The position numbers and the translations under genes were made by a program. Shown in pieces: positions 10,372 to 22,344 of a stretch of 64,000 bases of DNA. A model generated the notes under the pieces. That model saw only the letters and a program-made list of their open reading frames with translations. It made no database searches and was not told the DNA's origin. The stretch lies in the NCBI GenBank assembly GCA_001600815.1, contig BCKZ01000007.1, forward strand, positions 620,001 to 684,000, written 5' to 3'. Position 1 is the stretch's first letter. Every line of letters starts with the position of its first letter. Origin of the DNA: Alloascoidea hylecoeti. Lineage: Eukaryota.

Positions 10372-11069
10372 AGAAAATAGCTTACCGTCTGGAATCAAAA
10401 GAGATATAACTCCTAAAACATCTCAAAATTAACTATTCAGCGTGACAATCTTCAACCCATTAATCTCATATTAATTAATTCTAGATCTAATAAATCTGTT
10501 GCCTTTTTGAAACAGTTGCAGACCCATAAGCTGACATTGCATATAAAAATGGTCTTCTAGTTCCAACTTCTCGCACCACTAGCCCCTAAAAATTAAACCT
10601 TACTTTTATTAGCAATTAAATAATTCATTCAATAGATCCTGTGAAGTATAAATTGTCTCCCTCCGTGACGTACAATGCAACAGTAATTTTAAAAGCATCC
10701 TCTCTGAATACCTTTCATTCGGATTTCATTGTCGTATCGTTTCTTAACTAGCGTAAATCCTTAAATATTAGAGAACTGTCAACAGCTTGTGATATACTTC
10801 CACAGCCCCTATCTGAAGGAACATCGCCCTTTCCCCTGGTTTGCGCTTTATGTTTTCCAGCACATATTTCTGATCCCTTTTCTCTGTTGCCAATTGTAGA
10901 ACAATCTATCATAATGCATCGATCTTTCTAGTTATAACAGCCTTTTAACAATTTGTTGATCAGATGTATTTTATTAGAATGTTCAGTATCTCTTCCAGCG
11001 TATTTTAAGGGCATACTCTTTCCCCTTAAATGATTGTCAATGGTATTTGATTTCTTTTAAGTTCGTCAT
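10372..11069 (-). pseudogene. Decayed paralogue of the flavocytochrome b2 gene at 5418-6905
   Basis: Colinear minus-strand fragments MTNLKEIKYH*, LKYAGRDT, KGIQR, HGGRQ, RPFLYAMSAYG, LLDLELINMRLMG and LNS*F*DVLGVISLLIPDGKLFS match the CYB2 segments in order. Stops, frameshifts and large deletions are present. Confidence 0.85.
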
Positions 11070-11514
11070 ATTACAAACAAAATGATATAATGAGCAGATA
11101 TATAATTAATTAATTATAAATATATACGTATACTGCCATGATTGGAAAAATTGGAATAATCCGAGCTACCTGGTTATATAAATAAATAGTGTAACGTATT
11201 CATAAAATATAAATAACACAGTATAATATAATAAAACTTTATGAAGAATATTTGGAATAATATTGATGTATGTATGACCTTATTCTGATATTTTAGCATT
11301 CAATTTAAAATAAACCGCCAAGAGAGCTAGCTAGGTTGTGGGGTATAAAATATATATACGGATATGTAGCAATACAGTTACGAAAGTCCGCGTGAAGAAA
11401 TAAACTTGTCCAAGATCCCCTCTTGTTTAAGGTCTTAGCAAACTTTAAAAATACTATAAATTACAACATGCTTGTCCTATTTTTTTTTTTCCTTTCAGAC
11501 ATACAACATCCAAA

Positions 11515-12801
11515 ATGGCAAGTGTTATTGTTGATTTACTTATGCCCCCTGGTGCTGCAGTTGGCACAGGCACAACAAAACTACCTCATCTTACAAAAAA
11601 ACTACTAAACTTGAAAAGTATCGACGATATTCCTGAAAATCTTGTTGAACTTGCAAAGGCGATATCCTTTGCAACCTTCGGTGGTTATCCTGCTGATGAT
11701 TCAAACACAAAAGCAGCTTGTGGAGTTCTTATTGCTGCCAATTCAATTTTATGCCTTGCACATTTGTATATCTTCATTAGAAATGTGAGGAGAAATCATA
11801 ACTTTTATCTTACCATTGGATATGCGGCGACTTGTCTACTAAATGTGTTGGGATATGGGTTAAGAATTTATTGGGGAAATCATTTTGTTCATATTCCAAT
11901 TGGCTTGGCTTCCACTATTTTGATTATCATCTCAGCAATTTTGTTGACCACTTTAAATACAATTTTAGCACATCGTATCTTCACTTGGAAACATCCAGAA
12001 GCAGGTAACTCTAGATGGTTTAACACAGCAATGATAGCAATTTATTCGGTTGTCATCGGTATTATTGTTTTAGCTATTGTTTCTAACGCCGTCCCGAATA
12101 CTACATTTTTGAGCCCAAAGCACTTCAATATGTGTAAAAAGGCCTTTAGAGCTGCCGCTATCTTACAGTGTATATACTCTGCTGCTGCGTTAGTTCTTAT
12201 TGTTCTTTCATATATTTTACCTCCTGGATCAGTTAGTCAACATTCACCTTTCAAAAAATGCGGCGAAGCCATGCCACATACTTATTCACCTTATTGGATT
12301 GAATCATACGCTCTCAACTATTTTGTTCCAAAAAGTAGTGTTCAACCAGTTTATAGGAATGATAATTTGGCTCAAGCTATTAGAATTATTAACTCTTCCG
12401 AGGTTCCGGGAAGTGGAAGAGCACATTTCACACATCCAAGTCCAAAGGATGGTATAGAGCAAACTTTATCTGTAGTTTTGGTTACTTTTACATCTATCTT
12501 ATTGTTAATATCTTCTTGCTTCAGATGTGCTTCTACTTTTATTGATGATCAAGTTGGAGGGGGGGCTAGTCAAATTAAAGAAGCAAGTTGGATTTTTGAC
12601 CCAACTGTAATGTATGTCTTATATGGAGGTTTACAAGTAATTGTTAATGTTTTGTTTGTATTTGGACGTTTCGATTTAAGATTTTATTTGCCAGATAACT
12701 TTATCAATAAAGATCGTGATGTTGAAGACCATCAACAAACAAGTGAAAAAAATGATAGCATCTCTCATGATATTGGATCTGCTCCTAATTCAACTAACTA
12801 A
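11515..12801 (+). CDS. Fungal multi-pass membrane protein (DUF3112 / RTA1-like)
   Basis: About 7 hydrophobic segments; FGGYP..D N-terminal motif; NTILAHRIFTWKHP; RFDLRFYLPD. Family assignment is from memory only. Confidence 0.6.
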   Translation: MASVIVDLLMPPGAAVGTGTTKLPHLTKKLLNLKSIDDIPENLVELAKAISFATFGGYPADDSNTKAACGVLIAANSILCLAHLYIFIRNVRRNHNFYLTIGYAATCLLNVLGYGLRIYWGNHFVHIPIGLASTILIIISAILLTTLNTILAHRIFTWKHPEAGNSRWFNTAMIAIYSVVIGIIVLAIVSNAVPNTTFLSPKHFNMCKKAFRAAAILQCIYSAAALVLIVLSYILPPGSVSQHSPFKKCGEAMPHTYSPYWIESYALNYFVPKSSVQPVYRNDNLAQAIRIINSSEVPGSGRAHFTHPSPKDGIEQTLSVVLVTFTSILLLISSCFRCASTFIDDQVGGGASQIKEASWIFDPTVMYVLYGGLQVIVNVLFVFGRFDLRFYLPDNFINKDRDVEDHQQTSEKNDSISHDIGSAPNSTN

Positions 12802-14077
12802 TAGATTAATTTATTGAAATCGTTTTGATTTATTTATTGATAACTAATTCTTGGAAATGAAAATGGTGAATCTTTTCTCCGGCAATTGCAAGTTAACAGT
12901 ATATATTTAATATTTGTTTTAAAATTTAAGTCAGCTTATGATATTAATTAGAAATATTTTAGTTGGGTATAATAATGTTACCCCATTTAGTTTTGTAATA
13001 AACGTAGATTGATGAATTTTTGTTGGCTGTAGTAGTCAACAAAATTTTAGTGCAAAATTCCCATATTGTAATTATGCATATTATAGTTGTTGGTTTATCC
13101 ATTCCTGGTATATGCATGCGCTGTTATGCATACGAGAAGAAACTGTAATTAAGCAGTATTTTAATAGCCACAAATAGACCAATGAATTGTGAATAAAGTT
13201 AAAGTTGATATGTCTAGTAATTTACTCATCATTGGCTAAACTCCACCTCATCTGTAGTTTCTGGTTACGTAAACGTTCACTTGCATTCGAATTCTATAAT
13301 AGGAAATTTAAAGCTTTAGCTAACCAAAATATTATATTCCCAATTGTCATAGCATATTGTATATAATTTTAAAGACATGAAAATAATTATATGATTGATT
13401 TTACGCCAATCTGTGATTATATATAATAGCCATTTCCAGTATATAACTTATATAAAGGAACCAACGAAAATCATCTTGATATAAGTTGCTCCTCGGGCGT
13501 TTAACTTTATTTCAATCAATAATTCCTCTTCGAAATTCTCTATAGCTAAAGGACTGCATTCGCATTCCAGTTGTAAATATTTTGCAACTATCTAGATAAA
13601 TATATTTTATATTTTATATACATTAAATATCTAAGTGAAGTATCTGAGTATAATAGAATAAATCGTTTATATTAAGATAGATATACATATTAAAATTATT
13701 AGAATAGCCTTCGTGAAAAGTGTATCGTCAATATACGGCTCGTTATAATCATTTGTTTGTGTAGGCATATAAGTAAATAAATAAATAGTAAAATCCTTAT
13801 GCATTTTGTTGGGTTGTAAAACAATGTTCGCGATATCGAAAGGTACATGGATCAGTTTAGCGAAATGATTAGAAGAAACACTGTCTAAGTAACAAGGGTA
13901 TTAAGGCTTATAGTTAATTATGAAGAATAATAAGATTAACAACTGTATGTATACCTTTTTAGCTCATCGTGAGTATGTATAAATCGGAGATAGTTATACT
14001 AAACTTGATCGAAGCTTACCACTCTATTTCAATTGCAATTGCATTACATATTATAAGTCATAGGATATCTTTAGGGG

Positions 14078-14083
<6 letters not shown>

Positions 14084-14117
<34 letters not shown>
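14084..14117. repeat. (TA)17 microsatellite
   Basis: Read directly. Confidence 0.95.
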
Positions 14118-14122
<5 letters not shown>

Positions 14123-14246
14123 CTAGGACCTTCATTTATTCAATTATGTATTTTCGCACTATCAATATACACAATATTACACATACAAGTGAAACTGTGA
14201 GAGTCTTAAGTGAACCCAATTATATGTTTAAAATGGGGTTCTGTGT

Positions 14247-14936
14247 CGGAACATTATATCGTGTCCCTGCATGAAGTTTTTCCGAAACTTTATGGATATA
14301 TGGTGCACTGAAAAATTGTGAAAATGATCAACTCTTAGGAAAATCAAAAACATTTAAACAACCCTCGCGCAAAATTTAACCACAACACCCAAATCACCTA
14401 TTTATATATTGAAGACCTAAGAATGTAGAGGAATGACAAACGTTAATATTACCATTTCAAATTTTACCTGGAGACCAAAAATTGACGAGGAAAATGTTGT
14501 TTATTTTCAATGATGCGCTATAATAACTTACACAGCAACTTCCCCATACGGCTCACGCTTATAATGACAATATCTTTAAAGATGATTTTCATAAACTGCA
14601 CTCGCATTTGCTTTTTTGTAAGTCATAAAATAGCCCTAGTAATACATATTGTAGCTATTGGCATCGATTTCAATTGCAATACGTGTGATTCTGATATATA
14701 TATATAGCTATCACCAATTGATTTTCTAGTGTATCTCTGTTGCTATGAGCTGTGATTAACGAAGGATAATTAAGTTAAAACTTTGCTTCGGACTCTCGAG
14801 CTCTACTTGCAAGATTGAAACGCAAGTTTCTAATGTGGAGATATAAAACATGAATTCCTTATTATTTCCAAAATAAATCATAACAAAACTTTCTTTTTTA
14901 ATCATTATATAAAAGCATTCATACCCCGGATTTTTT
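14247..14936 (+). promoter_or_regulatory. Candidate glucose-responsive sites upstream of the hexose transporter: Rgt1-like CGGANNA (14247-14253; 14278-14284 minus), TATAAAA (14908-14914), Mig1/CreA-like site (14924-14936, minus strand AAAAAATCCGGGG)
   Basis: Motif matches only; consistent with known HXT regulation. Confidence 0.35.
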
Positions 14937-15020
14937 TCAATCTTATAACAAAATATTCTTTATACTAGCTACACTTCACATAAAAAGGATTTTAAAACAA
15001 AACTAATATATAATAATATA

Positions 15021-16631
15021 ATGGACTCTAGAAGTAAGAATAGTCCAGCTACTACTGCGTTAGATTCTGGAGCTACCTCATTAAACTCCAAAAAGGCTGA
15101 AACATTGGAAAGTTTACCGGATTCCAATAAATCCTGGTTCAAATACTTTACTGTAACAGCTTTTTGTTTCTTAACAGCTTTTGGAGGGTTTGTTTTCGGT
15201 TGGGATACTGGTACCATTTCCGGTTTCGTTAATATGTCCGATTTCCAAAAAAGGTTTGGTCAGGTTAATAATGCTGGTGAACATTATTTGTCAAAAGTCA
15301 GAATAGGCCTTATGGTTGGCATATTCAACATTGGATGTGCTTTTGGTGCTGTAATTCTTGGTAAACTAGGTGATGTTATGGGACGAAGAAAGGCCATTAT
15401 GCTGGTCACTATTATCTATATTGTTGGTATCGTCATTCAAATTTCAAGTATCGATAAATGGTACCAATATTTCATTGGACGTATTATTTCGGGTCTTGCC
15501 ATTGGTTCTAATTCTGTTTTATGTCCAATGATGATTTCTGAGACTGCTCCAAAACAGATTAGAGGCTCTTTAGTTTCTATTTATCAGTTAATGATCACTT
15601 TAGGTATATTTTTAGGATATTGTACAACATTCGGTACTAAAAACCGAAGTGATTCAGGTTCATGGAGAATTCCCTTAGGGCTTGGATTTGCTTGGGCTAT
15701 TTTACTACTTTTCGGCATGTTTATTATGCCAGAATCCCCAAGATATCTTGTAGGTGTTGGAAAAATGGATGAGGCTAGAGCTTCATTAGCTAAAGTTAAT
15801 AAGGTTAATGAAACTGATCCAGCAATTTTTGATGAAATTTATGAGATTGATTCTGCAATTAAGTTTGAAAAATCTCAAGGCAATGCTTCATGGGGTGAAT
15901 TATTCACCGGAAAACCACAGATATTTGTAAGGGTAATAACGGGGGTATTCTTACAATCTCTTCAACAGTTGACAGGAAATAACTACTTTTTCTACTATGG
16001 TACTACCATATTTAAAGCCGTTGGGTTAGAAGATTCATTCCAAACATCTATCATCTTGGGTATTGTCAATTTTGCTTCCACCTTTTTTGGTATTTATATC
16101 GCGGACAGAGTTGGAAGAAGAAAGGTTCTCATTGGCGGAGCCATTGGAATGTTTTTCTGTTTCGTGATCTTTGCTTCGCTCGGAACCAAATTACTATATG
16201 TTAATGGTAGAGACCACCCAGATGTTACTAGTAAACCAGTCGGTAATGGTATGATTTTCTTAGCCTGTTTATTCATCTTTTCATTTGCAAGCACTTGGGC
16301 CCCAGTTTGCTTTGTTGTTGTTTCTGAAATATACCCCATTAGAATCAAGTCTAAGGGTATGGCAATTGCAATGGCTTCTAACTGGATTTGGGGTTTCATC
16401 ATTTCATTCTTCACTCCATTTATAACTAGTTCAATCGGATTTGCATACGGTTATGTTTTCACTGGTTGTTTACTTTTCTCAATAATCTTTGTAATCTTCG
16501 TCGTTCCAGAAACAAGAGGTTTATCATTGGAACAAGTTGATGAATTATATGCATCATATGTCAAACCACGGTTATCTGCGAGTTGGAAACCAATTGCAAA
16601 AGAGAAGACCCCAACCCAAGCAGATGTATAA
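15021..16631 (+). CDS. MFS sugar porter, HXT-type hexose transporter
   Basis: [44 protein letters not shown]; 12-TM pattern. Confidence 0.95.
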   Translation: MDSRSKNSPATTALDSGATSLNSKKAETLESLPDSNKSWFKYFTVTAFCFLTAFGGFVFGWDTGTISGFVNMSDFQKRFGQVNNAGEHYLSKVRIGLMVGIFNIGCAFGAVILGKLGDVMGRRKAIMLVTIIYIVGIVIQISSIDKWYQYFIGRIISGLAIGSNSVLCPMMISETAPKQIRGSLVSIYQLMITLGIFLGYCTTFGTKNRSDSGSWRIPLGLGFAWAILLLFGMFIMPESPRYLVGVGKMDEARASLAKVNKVNETDPAIFDEIYEIDSAIKFEKSQGNASWGELFTGKPQIFVRVITGVFLQSLQQLTGNNYFFYYGTTIFKAVGLEDSFQTSIILGIVNFASTFFGIYIADRVGRRKVLIGGAIGMFFCFVIFASLGTKLLYVNGRDHPDVTSKPVGNGMIFLACLFIFSFASTWAPVCFVVVSEIYPIRIKSKGMAIAMASNWIWGFIISFFTPFITSSIGFAYGYVFTGCLLFSIIFVIFVVPETRGLSLEQVDELYASYVKPRLSASWKPIAKEKTPTQADV

Positions 16632-17064
16632 CTGCTAACGCTAGCGCTTGAAACAGGTATCTAAATCTATTGTATCTCTATATTTACCGTAAATATACTT
16701 CAGAACACAGAGACAACCATAATTAATTAATTAAATATTTATTTTTATTCTAAACTTTTATCTCTGCAATTATGTGATAAATAATATTATGCATAGCCAT
16801 GGCCAAATTAACATTGTATCTGTAATTCATTATTTTCCTTTATGGTGGCTTGACTACAAATGATTATAACTAAAGATACGACTACATCACCTACTGCTGT
16901 TCATGCCAATAATAGTTATGTTATAGGTTGTTGAATGTAACTTATTGTTATAGATCGCTAGTAGTGTATTGTAATTTTCCATGTCCAATCGGTATCCCAC
17001 TTCTTAAACATATAATTTAAAATTAATATACCGTCAACTACATAAAACTTGGATGAGTTGGCTT

Positions 17065-18003
17065 ACTCAGATGTCATAATATTGTTATGTTGCAATCACA
17101 AGTTATAAAACCAGCAACCAATACATATTATTATAAATAGTATCACTCAAGTTTACTTAATCTCATAATTCTGATAATACTTGTTTAATATTAATTTTTG
17201 CCATTTTCTTGCGCTATTCGAATCTTTCTAAAACTCAGTACCAGCGTATTTAACTCAGTGATTTATTCATAAAACGCAATTTGCGTTATCCCACTATTTG
17301 TTGAAAGCTATAATATTGATATCATATGATGTTTTTATGATCAAATAATAGTGTGGATTTTTTTAAAGTAGTTATCGTAGTGTATTGCGAGAATTGAAAA
17401 TATCTAGAAATTATGGACCTCCCCAAAATACGAAAAAGTTCCATTTTTAAAAGAACCACTAAATCACCACCAGAATTTAAAATGGCACGTACAAGGTACT
17501 GAATGAGAACGATAATACGAATAAGCGCATACTCAATCACTTATAGCTGTTGAATATAGGTTATGATACAGGAAGATATTGTACGAGAAAGTTTCCAACA
17601 CAATTGGTATCTCAAAATTGATTCTTTACAATCATTTCTATGGTAAATTATGAAATCAAGTCTACTACCAAATTTAAAGGCTTTTATTTACTGTTGAGGA
17701 GTGAGAGTTCACGTGGAGCCCGCGAAAAAAGATCTGTCTCAAAAGTTTCCAGCAAGGAGCACGATAACAAAGCATTATTGTTCTGCAAAATATCATATAC
17801 ATCATTGATCATCGGGAGATACTCTACATTCTTCTATAAAAGAACCAGATGTACAAATTTTTAAGCATGCATCCCAAAATATCTTTGCGAAGTTTTCTCA
17901 ATAAAACATCACGAATCTCTCATATTTAGAATTTGTTGCTGGTTTTGTAATTCGTGGTTGCAACATAACAATGTTGTGGGAACCAAGTATGCCATATCTG
18001 AGT
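17065..18003. repeat. Spaced inverted repeat (core 17081-17118 vs 17935-17972), possible relic DNA-transposon ends
   Basis: 34/38 identity in inverted orientation, plus ACTCAGAT (17065) / ATCTGAGT (17996). Confidence 0.7.
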
Positions 18004-18551
18004 TCTTGATCAGGATCTAGACGGTATAGCTATATGTATCATCATACACGTAGATACGTTTTCATAATCAGATAAATATCATACCCTACTATATACATAT
18101 ATCATGTCCATAACTACCTTATTATGTAGTAAAACTCAACGCAACGATCAGCAGAAAGGTTAATTCTTCCTCTTAACCAATCTAATAGATAAAAAAACGG
18201 ATAAAATGGAGATAACTCTCAAATAGACATGAACGACAGAGTTTAGTATAACAAAAAATACAAATTCTGGGGCCGTTCTCATGAGTTATTAGATATTCCA
18301 CGGCCAACATTTAGCATCATGATGGGCTTTTTGGTATGTATTACATTGCTAGCTCATGTTGTCATCATTATCTTAATAATGGAAACCAGTCTCAGGTTTA
18401 CACCTTGTAGTAATCACCAGTACAAAAATTATTCAGTCTGAATATTACACATCAAATCGGTAAATCTCAGAACCGCTCAACAAAATTTGACCACTAAATA
18501 CTTCTATTCCTGATATATCTATTTCTACCCGATATCATAACTCTTAGAAAA

Positions 18552-19360
18552 ATGCCTATTGATCCTGAAAAGCTTGCCAAATTGCAAAAATCTGCCAGAA
18601 TTGGTATGTATGAAAATCTATAAATGGTTGATGATTCTTAATTTTGAAGCGGTCGACTTAGGTGGGGAATAATAGTAATTTGGGTTAGTCATTAAAAGAG
18701 GATGAATAATATTTATGTTATTTTATCGTTTTTCATCATATTTAATACGAATGTTGTTATTCAATGATTTTAATGGCTTAAAAAATTTCTGCGAAGTTAT
18801 AAGCTCCTTTATATTTTGATTGGCTCACCTGCAAGACCATTTTCCTTGGAAGCTAATTCATCCTTTTACTAACATGCTTTATAGGGTACGAATAAGAATC
18901 AATTGATATGTCATCGCTAATAACTTAAACTAACAATTATTATAGTGGCAAAGGTACTCCTCGTCGTAAGACAAAGAAGATCACCCATTCTGAATCGTCG
19001 GACCAAAAGCTTCAGGGTACTTTGAAGAAGCTTGGTGCTCAAGTGATCCCAGAGGTCGGCGAAGCCAACTTTTTCAGAGATGATGGTAAAGTTCTTCATT
19101 TCCCAAGAGTCCAAGTCCAAAGTGCTACCAATGCCAATACATTTGCTTTCACTGGTACTGCTCAGGAGAAGGACTTAGGTCAATTATTCCCAAACATTTT
19201 ACCACAATTAGGTAACGAATCTTTGGATGCTCTACGTAAATTGGCCGCCCAATTACAACAAACTGAACTAGGTGAGGCCGAAGCTGCTAAACAAGAAGCT
19301 GGTGATGAAGACATTCCCGACTTGGTTGAAGGCAAAACCTTTGAAGACAAAGTCGAGTAA
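18552..19360 (+). CDS. EGD1: Nascent polypeptide-associated complex beta subunit (BTF3); exons 18552-18603, 18885 (1 nt), 18946-19360
   Basis: Spliced MPIDPEKLAKLQKSARIGGKGTPRRK...DEDIPDLVEGKTFEDKVE; 52+1+415=468 nt, 155 aa. Both introns have GT..AG ends and ACTAAC branch points. Confidence 0.92.
18622..18842 (+). ncRNA. Candidate structured intronic RNA in EGD1 intron 1
   Basis: Four nested stems of 8, 8, 11 and 9 bp (G-U allowed). Box-C-like TGATGA just inside the 5' terminal stem; no canonical box D. Confidence 0.45.
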
Positions 19361-20374
19361 ATAGAACAATCAAAATTAAAACGATTAAATGAAATTAAAA
19401 TGGAAAATGAAATATTTGTCACTAAATTATATATTAATTGTTTATTATGATCTTTTGTATACTTATTATATGTTTAACGTATTAGAATGACTCGCAAATA
19501 TATGCTCAAATGTATTTCTTTTGCTGATTGTTTGTCATTATTTATATGTTATGATTAATATATGGTAAATATGAAACATTTTAAGTCCTTGTATTGCTGA
19601 AGTTATTCTAGTTTTGCAGCAAATATAAATTGGTGTGCACTTTGGAATATAATTAATATTAGTGGAGTGATGAAAGCCGGTATATTATCTCACGAACTAT
19701 TATCACCCTATACTAGCTATAGGTAATGCCAAATCTCTACATCAGTTAGTTTGACCTGTTACCAAAGGATTAGGAATTGATTATTACTAATTATGTCTCC
19801 AGTTGACCTCCGCTAATAGCTCCTGAAAATTACTTTATATATCATCTAATGAAGGTAGTATAATTATTGGAATATAATAGCTCTAGAGGGAAAATATATG
19901 TTATGTTTTGTTGATTTTATACCTGTTACAACCAGTTTCATGTTGGATGTGTCATGAGGAACTTCATCCAAAAAGCCTATATTTTGCATTTTGCGTCAAA
20001 ACGTTGTATTTGCTGCTGACCCCACACAGATGCCAAAATTAAAGTATTTGTAAACAGCTGATGCCCCTTGCAATTGTAGAGCACTACACTTAGATGAACT
20101 TCTTCTTTCCTATAAGCCACTAATAATAAATTAGTGACCTGTTAAGAATCCCGTCCCATCCGCTGTATAATCAATTATAAGATCATTAATATTAAAATTG
20201 CTTTCATTGTTATTGTAGGTAATTTAAGAACTTAAATATATTGATAGAATAATGTATGATATTACGTCGTGCACAAACCTAAATGTCAATTATTAGGCCT
20301 TTTTCTCGACTATAAGAATCACATAGATCCCCCATAAATTTTAATAGCAATTTTATTACATATTTAAATTCATT

Positions 20375-22120
20375 ATGTCTTTAGTGGATCATATCGATGT
20401 TGAGCAATTAGAAGAAGAGCTTCTTGAACTTCAAAAAAAAGGTAACCAGAAAAATAAACTACATTCAGATAAAAATACACATGAGAAATATTCAAAATAT
20501 AGACCTCATCCAAATGAAGTAAAACTTGGAGAAAGCTATATCAATAAATACAATTCTACTGAAAGGATTCCAAAATTTAGAATTCCTCAATCAGGAATCC
20601 TACCTGGTCCAGCCTATCAATTGTTACATGATGCTTTAGCTCTTGATGGCAGACCTTTATTGAATCTTGCAAGTTTTGTCAATACTTATGTTTCCGAGGA
20701 ATCTCGTAAACTTATCAATGAAAATATATCAAAAAATTTGGCTGATAATGATGAGTATCCAGCTTTAATTGATCTTGTTCAAAGATGTGTTTCGATTCTA
20801 GGTGGGTTATGGGAAGTCCCAAAGGGCGAGAAAGCTGTTGGATCACCAACAACTGGTTCAAGTGAAGCAATCATGCTTGGTGGTTTATCAATGAAGAGAA
20901 GATGGGAACAAAAAAGAAAAGACGAGGGAAAAGATTTCTCAAAACCGAATATTATCATGGCTTCAAGTGTTCAAGTTGCATTGGAAAAGTTTGCTAGATA
21001 TTTTGATGTTGCATCTAGAGTTATTCCTGTTTCTAGAGAGAGCAATTATGTTTTGGATTTAGCCAAAGTCAGGGAGCAAATTGATGAAAACACAATTGGG
21101 ATCTTTGCTGTCTTAGGTTCAACTTATACTGGTCACTTTGACAATGTCGAAAAACTTTCTGATATGCTTGATGAATTTGAAAAAGAGACAGGTATTGATA
21201 TTCCAATTCATGTTGATGGTGCTTCTGGTGCATTTGTTGCACCATTTTTATACCCCAAACTGAAATGGAATTTTAAGCTACCAAGAGTAAAGAGTATAAA
21301 TGCATCTGGTCACAAATTTGGTCTAACAGCTGTTGGATTAGGCTGGATTATTTGGAGAAATAGAGAATTACTTCCTGACAATTTGATTTTTCAATTGAAA
21401 TATTTAGGTGCAGTTGAAGAAAGTTATACCTTAAATTTCTCGAGACCTGGTTATCAAGTTATTCATCAATACTATCTTTTTATTCACTTAGGAAGGGATG
21501 GATATAAGAAAATTCATTCGGGATCATTATCAAATGCTAGACTTCTTAGTAGATTCTTAGAAGCAACTGGATACTTTGAATGTCTTAGCGATATTCATAG
21601 ACCTAAAGGAAGCACTGAGTTTGATCCTGAATCAGTTACACCAAGCTTAAATGGACAAAACATAACACCTTTCCCCGAGGATCCAGAGGTCTACAATGAA
21701 GGATTACCTGTGGTATCATTTAAATTTACTGAAAAATTCAAGGAGGAATTTCCGGAAATCCCACAAGCAGCAGTTTCAGCTTTATTAAGGGCAAAAGGTT
21801 TCATTATACCTAATTACCCATTACCACCATCTGAACAAGATACAGAAATTCTTAGGGTTGTTTGTAGGATGTCACTAACACTGGATTTAATGGATCAATT
21901 GATGACAGATATTGTTCATTCCATTGAATCACTTATTAAGGCAGTTTTGGCTTCTAGATCAATTGAACATAATGATGAACAAGTTAAAATGTTACGCGCT
22001 TCTATTAATGCATTAGTCTTAACAGATGACAAGCCACAACCACATCAGAGACAAGAAAGGCAGGACAACATTAATGAGAGTAAGAATAAGGTCCATCATA
22101 GTTATAGAGGAACCTGCTAA
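20375..22120 (+). CDS. GAD1: Glutamate decarboxylase (PLP-dependent)
   Basis: LNLASFV, NLADNDEYP, TTGSSEAIMLGG, HVDGASG, SINASGHKFG (PLP lysine). Confidence 0.95.
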   Translation: MSLVDHIDVEQLEEELLELQKKGNQKNKLHSDKNTHEKYSKYRPHPNEVKLGESYINKYNSTERIPKFRIPQSGILPGPAYQLLHDALALDGRPLLNLASFVNTYVSEESRKLINENISKNLADNDEYPALIDLVQRCVSILGGLWEVPKGEKAVGSPTTGSSEAIMLGGLSMKRRWEQKRKDEGKDFSKPNIIMASSVQVALEKFARYFDVASRVIPVSRESNYVLDLAKVREQIDENTIGIFAVLGSTYTGHFDNVEKLSDMLDEFEKETGIDIPIHVDGASGAFVAPFLYPKLKWNFKLPRVKSINASGHKFGLTAVGLGWIIWRNRELLPDNLIFQLKYLGAVEESYTLNFSRPGYQVIHQYYLFIHLGRDGYKKIHSGSLSNARLLSRFLEATGYFECLSDIHRPKGSTEFDPESVTPSLNGQNITPFPEDPEVYNEGLPVVSFKFTEKFKEEFPEIPQAAVSALLRAKGFIIPNYPLPPSEQDTEILRVVCRMSLTLDLMDQLMTDIVHSIESLIKAVLASRSIEHNDEQVKMLRASINALVLTDDKPQPHQRQERQDNINESKNKVHHSYRGTC

Positions 22121-22344
22121 TATTAATGAAGTAATTTATGAGGAAGTATTACGTAAAATACCTTTAATGAATCTCTTTCGTTAACATACATTTTTGGTGC
22201 TCATAAACTTAATATTATTCATAAATTTTAATATTTTTGATTTAGTTATATGCTATAGCGCTGAAGTAAACGTAGTTACCAATTACAACTATATATGATA
22301 CTATATATAACAATAGTTAGCCAATTCAAATACTTTGATTATGG

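Noticed and set aside
18622..18842. TPP riboswitch or canonical C/D snoRNA in the EGD1 intron
   Set aside because: No TPP aptamer core and no CTGA box D; kept only as an unclassified structured RNA.
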